Below are positions 51,318-60,387 of a stretch of DNA of 64,000 bases, in pieces (the first letter of the stretch is position 1; every line of letters begins with the position of its first letter). A model generated the notes under the pieces. That model had not been told where the DNA came from and ran no database searches. It saw only the letters and a program-made list of their open reading frames with translations. This stretch comes from an uncultured Candidatus Saccharibacteria bacterium (lineage in GTDB: Bacteria; Patescibacteriota; Minisyncoccia; Phycocordibacterales; Zambryskibacteraceae). The position numbers and the translations under genes are program-made. The DNA lies in assembly GCA_964504255.1 (NCBI GenBank), contig CAZDDU010000001.1:99512-163511 (forward strand), written 5' to 3'.

Positions 51318-52718
51318 ATGATAGATCTCACTAAATTAACCGTCATAAGCGCAAGACAGGCCCTGAAGAAGGGTGAGTTCACTGCTACGGAATTAACCAA
51401 GAGATCCCTTGAGGTCATAGGTGAGAAGGATGCAGAATTACACGCATTCCTAGAAGTGTTTGAAGATGTACTAGACCAAGCCAAAGTTTCTGACGAGAAG
51501 ATTGCCTCTGGTGTGGACCTACCTCTTCTCGGTATCCCAGTTGCTATTAAGGATAATATTTTGTTTGATGGTCACACTGCTTCAGCTGGGTCAAAGATAC
51601 TCGAGAAATATCGAGCAACTTACGACTCAACTTTGATCAAGAAGTTGAAGGAGGCTGGGGCGATTATCATAGGTAGAACCAATTGTGATGAGTTTGCTAT
51701 GGGCTCTTCAACCGAGAACTCGGCCTATGGAACCACCAAGAATCCCATCGATACTTCGAGAGTCCCGGGAGGCTCATCAGGAGGCTCGGCTGTGGCAGTA
51801 TCGGCCGGCATGGTGCTTGCGAGCTTCGGTTCTGATACTGGTGGCTCAATAAGGCAACCAGCTGCCTTTACGGGCATAGTGGGTATGAAGCCGACATATG
51901 GCAGGGTGTCTAGGAGTGGGCTAATTGCCATGGCAAGCTCTCTAGATCAAATTGGTCCATTTACCAAAACAGTTGAGGATGCAGAACTTTTGTATGAGAT
52001 TGCGAAGGGGAGAGATGCGATGGACAGCACTACAATAAGCGATGATACATATAAATTAAGAGAGAATAAGAAAGTGATAGGGGTACCAAGATCATTCTTC
52101 GAATCCAGTTTGGATAAGGAGGTGATGAAGAACTTCAATAATACAGTTGATAGGTTTAAAAAACTTGGCTATGAAGTTAAAGACATTGAGTTGCCCCACC
52201 TCAAGTACTCACTTGCTGTGTACTACATCCTAATGCCCGCTGAGGTCTCCTCGAACCTTGCACGCTTTGATGGGGTGAAGTATGGACTTCATGTAGATGG
52301 AGATAATTCTATTGATGATTATTTTAAAACCCGTGGGGCAGGTTTCGGCCGTGAGGTTAGAAGGAGAGTGATACTCGGTACTTACGTGCTCTCGTCTGGA
52401 TACTATGATGCTTACTATGGTCAGGCCCAGAATATGAAAAAGGCTATTACTGATGAGATCAGAGAGGCATTTAATAATGTAGATGTCATAATTACTCCGA
52501 CGACTCCAACACCCGCCTTTAAATTCGGGGAGAAGACAGATCCACTCTCAATGTATTTGGCAGATATCTTTACTGTACCAGCGAACATTACCGGTTGCCC
52601 TTCTATTTCAATACCCTCGGGCGAGGTTAATGGTCTACCACTTGGACTCCTTATTACCGCTGACCTAGGTAGTGAGGAAAAGCTTTTTGCCACAGCCAAA
52701 GACTTCGAAAAGAGTTAG
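51318..52718 (+). CDS. gatA: Asp/Glu-tRNA amidotransferase subunit A
   Basis: GGSSGGSA, GSDTGGSIRQPA, SSGYYDAYY. Confidence 0.97.
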   Translation: MIDLTKLTVISARQALKKGEFTATELTKRSLEVIGEKDAELHAFLEVFEDVLDQAKVSDEKIASGVDLPLLGIPVAIKDNILFDGHTASAGSKILEKYRATYDSTLIKKLKEAGAIIIGRTNCDEFAMGSSTENSAYGTTKNPIDTSRVPGGSSGGSAVAVSAGMVLASFGSDTGGSIRQPAAFTGIVGMKPTYGRVSRSGLIAMASSLDQIGPFTKTVEDAELLYEIAKGRDAMDSTTISDDTYKLRENKKVIGVPRSFFESSLDKEVMKNFNNTVDRFKKLGYEVKDIELPHLKYSLAVYYILMPAEVSSNLARFDGVKYGLHVDGDNSIDDYFKTRGAGFGREVRRRVILGTYVLSSGYYDAYYGQAQNMKKAITDEIREAFNNVDVIITPTTPTPAFKFGEKTDPLSMYLADIFTVPANITGCPSISIPSGEVNGLPLGLLITADLGSEEKLFATAKDFEKS

Positions 52719-52727
52719 AATGTAAGC

Positions 52728-53381
52728 ATGGCAGACAAGAAAGAAGGTCCCAAAGATAATGGTCCCGTAGTAGAGGTTGGCTTTATTATCCTCGTGCTTA
52801 TATTCCTCTGGGTAATCTGGTCAACAATCCTAAATTACTTTCTTGTATCTCGTTTTGGATCATATGGCACCATCTGGGCCACCATGGTGGCTTGGTTTAT
52901 TAAATATATATATCCCATCATTATCCTCTTGGGTATTGTAGCCACCATTCTTGCTATTATGAGTATGGTAAGGAATGTGTCTAAGCTTAAGGATTTGAAG
53001 GAGGCAGAAAAGAAAGTGTTTGGTTCAGATCCTGATGGTACTGAGGTCAAAGAAATCATTGCACCCTTGAACCCAAAGTGGGAGAAGGCCATGAGCCACC
53101 TCAACTCCACCAATGCCTCAGAATGGCGCTTGGCTATCATTGAGGCCGATATCATGCTCGATGACATGCTTCGTGCTCAGGGCCACCACGGCGACTCCAT
53201 AGGTGAGATGCTTAAGGGTATAGAGAAGTCAGATATGCTCACTCTCGACTATGCCTGGGAAGCACACAAGATAAGAAACGAGGTGGTTCACTCCGGTTCT
53301 ACCTATGAGTTAAGCGAGCGCGAGGCAAAGCGAGTGATGTCACTCTTCGAAGCCGTTTTCCGAGAATTCAAGATGATATAA
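52728..53381 (+). CDS. Conserved membrane protein
   Basis: AIIEAD..LD..L, AWEAHKIRN..H. Confidence 0.75.
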   Translation: MADKKEGPKDNGPVVEVGFIILVLIFLWVIWSTILNYFLVSRFGSYGTIWATMVAWFIKYIYPIIILLGIVATILAIMSMVRNVSKLKDLKEAEKKVFGSDPDGTEVKEIIAPLNPKWEKAMSHLNSTNASEWRLAIIEADIMLDDMLRAQGHHGDSIGEMLKGIEKSDMLTLDYAWEAHKIRNEVVHSGSTYELSEREAKRVMSLFEAVFREFKMI

Positions 53382-53412
53382 TAAATTTGTTATTAAAGTT
53401 TATTAATTACAA

Positions 53413-54231
53413 ATGTCAAAGAAATTAAGTTTAATATTGGGTAGTTTTTTTGTTTTATTTGTTGGAATAGCGTCTGCCAGCTTAACTACTGATATTATGC
53501 CAACGGGTGACGGAGCATACACACAGTGGACGAAGAGCTCAGGTCTCACTCACTACACATTGGTTGATGAAAGTTCATGTAATGGTGTTACTGACTACAA
53601 TTTCACCACAACTGTGGGCAATAGGGATTCATATGTAGTCAGCACAAGCCAGGTTTCAAATGGTTCTCAAATAACTAAAATAGAAATAAAGCCTTGTGCC
53701 TCAAGAAATTCTGGAGGAGGCGCTAGCCCAGTTATGAATGTTTTCTACAGACTTAATGGTTCAAACAGTGCAGATGCTGGAGCATACTCACTTACAGGCA
53801 CAACTCCTGTACAACTCGCTACGACCACCTTCAGTGGTCTATCGGCTATTAAGACTGGGACAACTACACTAGAAGTTGGTTCTGTTCTAACTTCCGGTAT
53901 TAGAGGAGCAAGATTGAGTAGGATAGCAACTGTTATTACTTACACAGCTCTCAATGCTCCATCGGGCCTTGGGGCAACCACAACCTCATCTTCTCAAATT
54001 AATTTGGGATGGTCTGACAATTCAACCTTTGAGGATGGTTTCGTGATAGAGAGACAGAATGTTACTGCTTCTAGTACCTTCTCAGTAATCGCTACAACAA
54101 CTGCAAATGTTGTTGGTTATAGTGATATGGGATTAGCATCTTCAACTGTGTACAAATACAAGGTTCGTGCATACAACATTGGTGGGTATTCGAATTACTC
54201 AAATACCGCCACAGCTACAACTACTCCATAA
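53413..54231 (+). CDS. Secreted Ser/Thr-rich protein with C-terminal fibronectin type III domain
   Basis: Signal peptide; INLGWSDNS, YKYKVRAYN..GYS.YSN. Confidence 0.85.
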   Translation: MSKKLSLILGSFFVLFVGIASASLTTDIMPTGDGAYTQWTKSSGLTHYTLVDESSCNGVTDYNFTTTVGNRDSYVVSTSQVSNGSQITKIEIKPCASRNSGGGASPVMNVFYRLNGSNSADAGAYSLTGTTPVQLATTTFSGLSAIKTGTTTLEVGSVLTSGIRGARLSRIATVITYTALNAPSGLGATTTSSSQINLGWSDNSTFEDGFVIERQNVTASSTFSVIATTTANVVGYSDMGLASSTVYKYKVRAYNIGGYSNYSNTATATTTP

Positions 54232-54323
54232 GAGTAAGTTGATACCTGAAACAAAAACTGCCTTAGGGGCAGTTTTTGTTTGCATCAAATAGAGTACCTT
54301 CCGAAAGTTTAAATGATCTAGTT

Positions 54324-54623
54324 TTAAAGCTTGTTGGCTTCCTCCGTTAACTTCTCAAAAAGTTCATCATCATTCTCTTGCCATGCTTGTTCTGCCGCAT
54401 CTATCAAAGCTTCTTTGGCTAGTTTATTTAGACCAGCTTCTTTGTACATATAAGCCACTTCGACATTGAGCATCATGCCTTGTTGACTGGTTTCGATCTC
54501 AAGTTGTCTTCGATCAAGAAACTCATTCAATAATGATAAATCTTCTGTTCCGAGCTTAAGAGACTCGATCACTCTTGCTTTGAGGGATTCTATATCTTCC
54601 TGATTTGGCGCTCCTTCAAACAT
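54324..54623 (-). CDS. Hypothetical acidic protein (cassette cargo)
   Basis: ATG ~10 nt after junction D. Confidence 0.65.
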   Translation of the reverse strand: MFEGAPNQEDIESLKARVIESLKLGTEDLSLLNEFLDRRQLEIETSQQGMMLNVEVAYMYKEAGLNKLAKEALIDAAEQAWQENDDELFEKLTEEANKL

Positions 54624-54666
54624 GACTCAAGTATATACCTTTGCACAGGCTAGACTAGCCCGTAGG

Positions 54667-55098
54667 CTATGGCCGAGGGTGGATGATTTCAGAACTAAAA
54701 TCTTCAAAAAATTGGTCTAAAATACTTCTATTACGATCGATCATTTTTAAACCAGTAGAATTATGATACCCAAAGAATCCTAGATCCGTTCCTTCAGTCT
54801 GCTTAATTCTTAGCTCTTCCTCCGATTCATTTACCGGAATAAGAAAATAGAAAACTTCTTCATTTGTTCCGTCATTAGATTCTACGCGTCCGAAGAATTT
54901 GAATTCAGGCTGATTGAATGTAAGGGACAGCTCTTCGTCTAACTCCCTAGTGAGAGCTTCCTCTATGGATTCATTATCTTCGACTGCTCCACCGAAAAAG
55001 GCCCAAGTGTTTGGGTACAGAGGAGCCTTACCGTCCCTGAGTTGCAGTAATACTTGACCTTCTCTGTTATAAAGAACCGCCTTTGCGATTTTCTTCAT
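54667..55098 (-). CDS. NUDIX hydrolase (cassette cargo)
   Basis: GGAVEDNESIEEALTRELDEEL Nudix box. Confidence 0.9.
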   Translation of the reverse strand: MKKIAKAVLYNREGQVLLQLRDGKAPLYPNTWAFFGGAVEDNESIEEALTRELDEELSLTFNQPEFKFFGRVESNDGTNEEVFYFLIPVNESEEELRIKQTEGTDLGFFGYHNSTGLKMIDRNRSILDQFFEDFSSEIIHPRP

Positions 55099-55164
55099 AA
55101 TGAGATTATACCTTTGCGCGGGATATTTATCCTGAGCTAGTCGAAGGTGTGGAGGATGTTAGAA

Positions 55165-55755
55165 CTAAATTGCAGAACAGTTCCAGTCTTCCGTCCGTGA
55201 ATTGCTATTAATACGAGCTTCCGAACATTTCGTTTTTTCGCTTTCAGGGCTACACTGGAAAGCAAATGTTGCCCGAGCAACAATATGGCTCTCATTACTA
55301 CCAGAAGGAGTGTATGAGAAGTTTTCGCAAGCGTACGTTCTAAATGAGAAGTCATTCGGAACATAACTGCTCTTAACCATTTTGCATTCATTAGTAGCGG
55401 CTGCGTAGACTGGACCTCTGCCAACTCTTACACTCCCAACTTCTGAGAACTGTGTCATTAGTGTTCCACATGGAGAGAAGTATTGCAGGTAATTCCCATT
55501 ATTTGAGTCATCTTTGTATTCATACACAACAGTGTGTTCTGCCTTACCAAGAGTTTGCGAAGACACTTGCTTATAATTTTGGTCATAGAAAGCTGGGTCG
55601 CTAGATGAAGATGGACCTAAATCAGAAACTCCACCAGGCACAGCTCGAGGCGCATTACTAATCTCTTTCTCATAAAAATAGAACACTGTTCCTCCCGTTA
55701 ATATCACAACTGTAATAGCAGCTAAAATAGGTGTTATGGTAAAACCTTTGTTCAT
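55165..55755 (-). CDS. Membrane-anchored/pilin-like hypothetical protein (cassette cargo)
   Basis: MNKGF + hydrophobic helix; six Cys. Confidence 0.65.
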   Translation of the reverse strand: MNKGFTITPILAAITVVILTGGTVFYFYEKEISNAPRAVPGGVSDLGPSSSSDPAFYDQNYKQVSSQTLGKAEHTVVYEYKDDSNNGNYLQYFSPCGTLMTQFSEVGSVRVGRGPVYAAATNECKMVKSSYVPNDFSFRTYACENFSYTPSGSNESHIVARATFAFQCSPESEKTKCSEARINSNSRTEDWNCSAI

Positions 55756-55773
55756 TTTTATTTTCACTTATTT

Positions 55774-55882
55774 ATTATACCAGTTCCATATCTCATAGAC
55801 CCATACAGAAAAGAGCCCTTCCGCCAGCTGGCGGATCTAGGACTCTTTTCGTTTGCGCGGGCTAGTGGATGATGTTAGAACT
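55774..55882 (+). repeat. tRNA-Asp array junction B
   Basis: 55774-55860 is a near-identical copy of 56511-56597, followed by gctagtggatgatgttagaact. Confidence 0.9.
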
Positions 55883-55889
55883 GTTTTTT

Positions 55890-56504
55890 CTAAAGAGGAT
55901 CTGGTTCATTAGAATAACAAGTCAAACTCGACGTTGGAATTTGTTCAAATTTATCAGTTTTAGAACTTGATACCCAGGCCATAGTAGGATACACCCTAAT
56001 TAGGTCAGGGCTCTCATATTTATTTTTTTCAACCATGGCCACAATAAGAGTGCGGTCGGGCATATATGGAAATTGAACAGAGGTACAGTTATCAATGGCC
56101 ATAGTTAGACCGCTGTCAGCTGACGGGAAGGATAATGTGTCTGTTACCGTATACATCTGTGAGCATTCGTCCTTGTGGCTTAATATGTATTCATAGCTTT
56201 TTGTGTCAACATTCGTCATCCAAATCTCTTTTCCTTCTTTTGTCATCATAAGCTCTAAATTATTATAGTAGCCGACATTCTCTGTGCCATTCGGTGGTAA
56301 ATTCGAGCAGTAACTAACCCCAATCCATTTAGATTTAGGAGCATCGTTTTTTTCAGAAGAGTATGTCGATATCTCGTCTTGTTGTGGTTCTGTAGAGAGT
56401 GTTGTTTCTTGAGCCAAAAAACCAGGGTTGTTTTTGTACAGATAACCTCCTACTAGAAAAAGTCCCACTACGGTTAAGCTTAGGATAATTGTAAATTTTC
56501 TCAT
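55890..56504 (-). CDS. Membrane-anchored hypothetical protein (cassette cargo)
   Basis: N-terminal TM; AT-rich. Confidence 0.7.
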   Translation of the reverse strand: MRKFTIILSLTVVGLFLVGGYLYKNNPGFLAQETTLSTEPQQDEISTYSSEKNDAPKSKWIGVSYCSNLPPNGTENVGYYNNLELMMTKEGKEIWMTNVDTKSYEYILSHKDECSQMYTVTDTLSFPSADSGLTMAIDNCTSVQFPYMPDRTLIVAMVEKNKYESPDLIRVYPTMAWVSSSKTDKFEQIPTSSLTCYSNEPDPL

Positions 56505-56510
56505 TTCTTA

Positions 56511-56597
56511 ATTATACCAGTTCCACGTCCCATAGACCCCTACAGAAAAGAGCCCTTCCGCCAGTTGGCGGATCGAGGACTCTTTTCGTTTGCGCGG
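56511..56597 (+). repeat. tRNA-Asp array junction A (overlaps tRNA 3' end)
   Basis: 87-bp block with terminator hairpin and TATAAT on the minus strand. Confidence 0.9.
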
Positions 56598-56666
56598 TCG
56601 ACCGGACTTGAACCGGCAACCTCTCGCGTGACAGGCGAGTGCTCTAACCAGTTGAGCTACGACCGC
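56593..56666 (-). tRNA. tRNA-Asp (GUC)
   Basis: ctcgc-ctGTCac-gcgag; G73. Confidence 0.95.
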
Positions 56667-56743
56667 AAGGGGAGTATCAGAAACTTGTTTACGCTTACTC
56701 CGAGCGCAGCGGACCGCCTTACGAAGTAAGACAGTCCGCAATG

Positions 56744-56817
56744 TGTCGGCGGGAGGGATCGAACCTCCGACCTTGGGCTTATGAGTCCCACGCTCTAACC
56801 AACTGAGCTACGCCGAC
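56744..56817 (-). tRNA. tRNA-Met (CAU), probably elongator
   Basis: Anticodon loop ctCATaa; fully paired acceptor stem. Confidence 0.85.
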
Positions 56818-56918
56818 AAGCTTTGGCTTACTGCCGTAAGCTGTCTCACATTGCGTGGCTAGTACTATACTATTTTACATTGATTTTGTCAGTAGAGTGC
56901 GATATAATGGCTCTCTAC

Positions 56919-56989
56919 AGCGGGTTGGAGGAGCAGTACCTCGACAGGCTCATAACCTGTAGGCGTCCGTGCAAATCGGGCACCCGCAA
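56919..56989 (+). tRNA. tRNA-Met (CAU), atypical initiator-like
   Basis: acagg-ctCATaa-cctgt; A1/A72 mismatch; T-loop TGCAAAT. Confidence 0.75.
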
Positions 56990-57056
56990 CAAATTTGTTT
57001 TTCGAATAGGAGTATAATCTATAAGGGATTAGGATTATCAATAATCTTTTATATTC

Positions 57057-57416
57057 ATGTCCAATTCACAAAAGGCTGTTTGGGTATTGCGTATCGCTGT
57101 CGCAGGAGAGTTCTTGGGTCATGCGGTGTTCGCTCTACAAGGTAAGGCAGACTGGGTTAAGTGGTTTGCCAAATTTGGAGTAAGTGACCCAGCGACTGCA
57201 ACGACTCTTCTTATGCTAGTGGGTATTATGGATCTTATTGTCGCGCTAGTCGTCTTGGTTAAGCCGATGAAGCCAATACTTCTCTGGGCTGTGTTCTGGG
57301 GCTTCTGGACTGCACTTGTCCGACCAATTGTAGGCATGCCTATTTGGGACTTTATCGAAAGATTTGCTAATTGGGGAGCACCTCTCGCTCTGTACTACTT
57401 GATCAAAAAGGAGTAA
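57057..57416 (+). CDS. DoxX-like membrane protein
   Basis: LRIAVAGEFLGH, ERFANWGAPLAL. Confidence 0.75.
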   Translation: MSNSQKAVWVLRIAVAGEFLGHAVFALQGKADWVKWFAKFGVSDPATATTLLMLVGIMDLIVALVVLVKPMKPILLWAVFWGFWTALVRPIVGMPIWDFIERFANWGAPLALYYLIKKE

Positions 57417-57428
57417 AGTTTTTTCCAT

Positions 57429-58088
57429 ATGTGGAAGCAGTTAACATCACTAGTACTCTTGGTATTAGTGTTTACGGTCGTGGCTGGTGTGGCTTGGTTT
57501 GTTGATTACTACAAGCCAACCAATTCCTATGATCCAGTGATTATTGGCGGTGTTTTTCCAACCAAGGAGCCAGAAGAAGGTCGGATTACTCTCAGAGTCG
57601 GTGAGACTGGGGTGTTTAGGAACATCTCTATCAAGCCAACAGAGGTAGTAGAGGATAGCCGTTGCCCAGTGAATGTGAATTGTATCTGGGCGGGAACTCT
57701 TAAGGTTAAGCTTGATGTACTCTCGGGCCTTGGTGCTTCCAATCCTACAATTGAGCTGGGCGGTTTAATCACCACAGAAGCCGAGGAGATAAAACTAATT
57801 TCTGTATCACCTGAGAAGATGCGGGAGGAGACTCTGCCGAGTGACTATGAATTTGTTTTCGAAGTATCTAAGAGGGGTCAGACTCCTATAGGAGCTAGAG
57901 GCTGCTTCGTGGGTGGGTGTTCTGGTCAGATTTGCTCGGATAGTCCTGACATGGCTTCTACTTGTGAGTTTAGAGCTGAGTATGCCTGCTATAAGACATC
58001 TAAGTGCGAGAGACAGACAAGTGGACAGTGTGGATGGACTGATACAAGTGAACTGAGGATGTGTCTCAATAATCCTCCCGCACTTTAA
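57429..58088 (+). CDS. Membrane-anchored protein with DSRCP..CIWAG domain and C-terminal Cys-cluster domain
   Basis: EDSRCPVNVNCIWAG; CFVGGCSGQIC...STCEF...CY...CERQ...CGW. Confidence 0.78.
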   Translation: MWKQLTSLVLLVLVFTVVAGVAWFVDYYKPTNSYDPVIIGGVFPTKEPEEGRITLRVGETGVFRNISIKPTEVVEDSRCPVNVNCIWAGTLKVKLDVLSGLGASNPTIELGGLITTEAEEIKLISVSPEKMREETLPSDYEFVFEVSKRGQTPIGARGCFVGGCSGQICSDSPDMASTCEFRAEYACYKTSKCERQTSGQCGWTDTSELRMCLNNPPAL

Positions 58089-58127
58089 AAAGTACTCGAT
58101 TTGTAATACTATAATGGCCTGTTTCGT

Positions 58128-58203
58128 GCCAAGATAGCTCAGTTGGTAGAGCACTTCCATGGTAAGGAAGAGGTCCCCGGTTCGATCCCGGGTCTTGGCT
58201 CCA
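58128..58203 (+). tRNA. tRNA-Thr (GGU)
   Basis: cttcc-atGGTaa-ggaag; encoded CCA. Confidence 0.95.
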
Positions 58204-58223
58204 AGTGTTAGAATGCTTCTTGT

Positions 58224-58296
58224 GCCAAAGTAGCTCAGTTGGTAGAGCGGCAGTATCGTAAACTGCAGGTCGTGAGTTCGATCCTCACCTTTGGCT
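58224..58296 (+). tRNA. tRNA-Thr (CGU)
   Basis: gcagt-atCGTaa-actgc. Confidence 0.93.
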
Positions 58297-58333
58297 CATT
58301 TGTTTATGCTTAATCTCTGATATAGAATCAGTT

Positions 58334-58779
58334 GGCACTCAAGGCAACCAATGCGAGCCACCGCATAAATAGAGCATGCTACAAGGTTTTTGCTCTAGTC
58401 GCGGGATTAGATACCCTGCGAGCAATCCTCGGTTGACCTTATGCTTAGGGTGAAAATCCCGCAATAGGCGAAACGGGTGTTAAACACAAATCCTGGAGTT
58501 GAGAGCAGTCAGCGTAGATATGTCGGGGTAGTTTAAGCCTTGAGCTTACGACAACCTGACTTATTACGAGGATTGTGATCGACGATAGGTGCAGATGATG
58601 CCTGATATACGTAGTGTGGCTAGACGCGTGTATCGAGCCGGGTGCCTCACTGGTGAGGTCCGGGATTTAGATCATCTGGCTCTATCCCTGTGCTCGGGGA
58701 ATGTCGGCCCCAGATGCACGAAAGGGAAATACGGCACTGGCCAAGCGGAGAGATACTTCTCCCTTGGCCTTTCCCTTTT
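58334..58779 (+). ncRNA. Unassigned large structured RNA
   Basis: Many nested complementary segments, TAGAAT -10 box at 58323-58328, terminal hairpin + T run, no credible ORF. Confidence 0.6.
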
Positions 58780-58795
58780 GGTATACTTCTAATAC

Positions 58796-59674
58796 ATGGC
58801 AAGTAAGGACGAAATACAGAAGAAAATTGAAGCGATTGAGGAGCGGATGCAAGCTCCGGACTTTTGGTCTGACAAGGACTCGGCTCAAGGCGCTATCAAA
58901 GAACTGGAGAATTTGAGGAACGAGCTCGAAGGAGTTGGTAAGTACGATAAGGGAGATGCTGTGATGACAATATTTAGTGGCGCTGGGGGAGATGATGCAG
59001 AGGACTTCACCAACATCTTACTCCAAATGTATTTAAAGTATTTTGATAATAAGGGATGGAGTTACTCTGTGATGCACAAGAATGATAATGACCATGGGGG
59101 ATATAGAAACATCACTCTTGAGATAAACGGTAAGGGAGTGTATGGCACTCTGAAGAACGAATCAGGGGTTCACCGACTGGTACGCATCTCTCCCTTCAAT
59201 GCGAAGAAGTTACGACACACATCCTTCTCTATGGTTGAGGTGATACCTAAGTTTGAGAAAGTGGGTGAGGTTAGCATACCGCCTGAAGATATTCGGCTTG
59301 AGTATTCGAAGTCGTCTGGTCCAGGAGGACAGAATGTGAACAAGCGTGAGACTGCGGTGCGTGTAGTGCATATACCAACAAATCTTGCAGTGCATGTAGA
59401 AAGTGAGAGAAGTCAGGCACAGAACAAGGAGAGAGCTCTCGCTATGCTCGAAGCTAAGCTCTATAAACTACAAGACGAAGAGAGGAAGGCGAAAGAGAAA
59501 GGAATGTATGTCTCTAAAACAACAAGTATCGAGTGGGGGAGCCAAATACGATCTTATGTCCTGCATCCATACAAGATGGTTAAGGATCATAGAACAGATG
59601 TAGAAGTACGAGATGTAGATAAGGTGTTGAATGGAGATCTCGACGAATTTATCGAAGCTGAAAGAGGTTTGTAG
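58796..59674 (+). CDS. prfB: Peptide chain release factor 2 (short form)
   Basis: ESGVHRLVRISPF (SPF tripeptide), GGQ, WGSQIRSYV. Confidence 0.93.
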   Translation: MASKDEIQKKIEAIEERMQAPDFWSDKDSAQGAIKELENLRNELEGVGKYDKGDAVMTIFSGAGGDDAEDFTNILLQMYLKYFDNKGWSYSVMHKNDNDHGGYRNITLEINGKGVYGTLKNESGVHRLVRISPFNAKKLRHTSFSMVEVIPKFEKVGEVSIPPEDIRLEYSKSSGPGGQNVNKRETAVRVVHIPTNLAVHVESERSQAQNKERALAMLEAKLYKLQDEERKAKEKGMYVSKTTSIEWGSQIRSYVLHPYKMVKDHRTDVEVRDVDKVLNGDLDEFIEAERGL

Positions 59675-59692
59675 TTGTGTTAAAATGTGAGG

Positions 59693-60373
59693 ATGATTTT
59701 CTTTGACCGAGTGACGAAAGTTTACCCGGATACTTCGGTAGCCCTTCAAAATATAACGCTCACGATAGAACCAAGTGAGTTTGTGTCTATTGTGGGTCAG
59801 TCCGGTGCGGGTAAGACCACGCTATTGAAGATGCTTTTGGCCGAGGAGAAGCCGAGTGAGGGCAAGGTCTTCTATGAGTCCTCCGATGTACACCGCTTGA
59901 GTAAGAGTGGAATGAACGATCTTAGGAGGAAGATCGGTATGATCTTCCAAGACTTCCGTCTCATATCAGGTAAGACTGTGTATGAGAACATTGCTTTCAC
60001 CATGGAGGCATCTGGGAAGACCGATGAGGAGATAGAGCAAGATGTGCCTCATGTGCTCGAGCTTGTGGATCTGAAGAACAAGATTTGGAATTTTCCTCAC
60101 GAGCTCTCTGGAGGAGAGAAGCAGAGAGTGGCCATAGCTCGTGCCTTGGTGAATCAGCCTGACGTCCTTATAGCTGATGAACCTACGGGTAACCTAGATC
60201 CTGTAAACACCTATGACATTGTGCAGATACTAAAGAAGATCAACGACTACGGTACTACCGTCATCCTCACCACACACAACAAAGGTATTATCGACATGCT
60301 AGGCAAGCGTGTAGTAGCTATGGAGAAGGGGAGAATTGTACGAGACGATAAGGAGGGCAAGTACTTTATATAG
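59693..60373 (+). CDS. ftsE: Cell division ATP-binding protein FtsE
   Basis: GQSGAGKT, IFQDFRL, LSGGEKQRV, ADEPTGNLDP. Confidence 0.93.
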   Translation: MIFFDRVTKVYPDTSVALQNITLTIEPSEFVSIVGQSGAGKTTLLKMLLAEEKPSEGKVFYESSDVHRLSKSGMNDLRRKIGMIFQDFRLISGKTVYENIAFTMEASGKTDEEIEQDVPHVLELVDLKNKIWNFPHELSGGEKQRVAIARALVNQPDVLIADEPTGNLDPVNTYDIVQILKKINDYGTTVILTTHNKGIIDMLGKRVVAMEKGRIVRDDKEGKYFI

Positions 60374-60387
60374 TAGAATAAAAAACA

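Noticed and set aside
58635-58670. Group II intron domain V or hammerhead core
   Set aside because: GAGCCGGGTGC...GTCCGG is suggestive, but the 3' bulge and GNRA loop are missing and no GUGYG 5' end is evident; CTGGTGA deviates from CUGANGA
58334-58779. RNase P RNA, SRP RNA or group I intron
   Set aside because: No GAGGAAAGUCC/CGGCUUA P4 pair, SRP domain IV or P7 motifs found on either strand
58589-58916. Short ORFs upstream of prfB as the pre-frameshift RF2 segment
   Set aside because: No CTT-TGA slippery site or RF2-like sequence; they overlap the structured region
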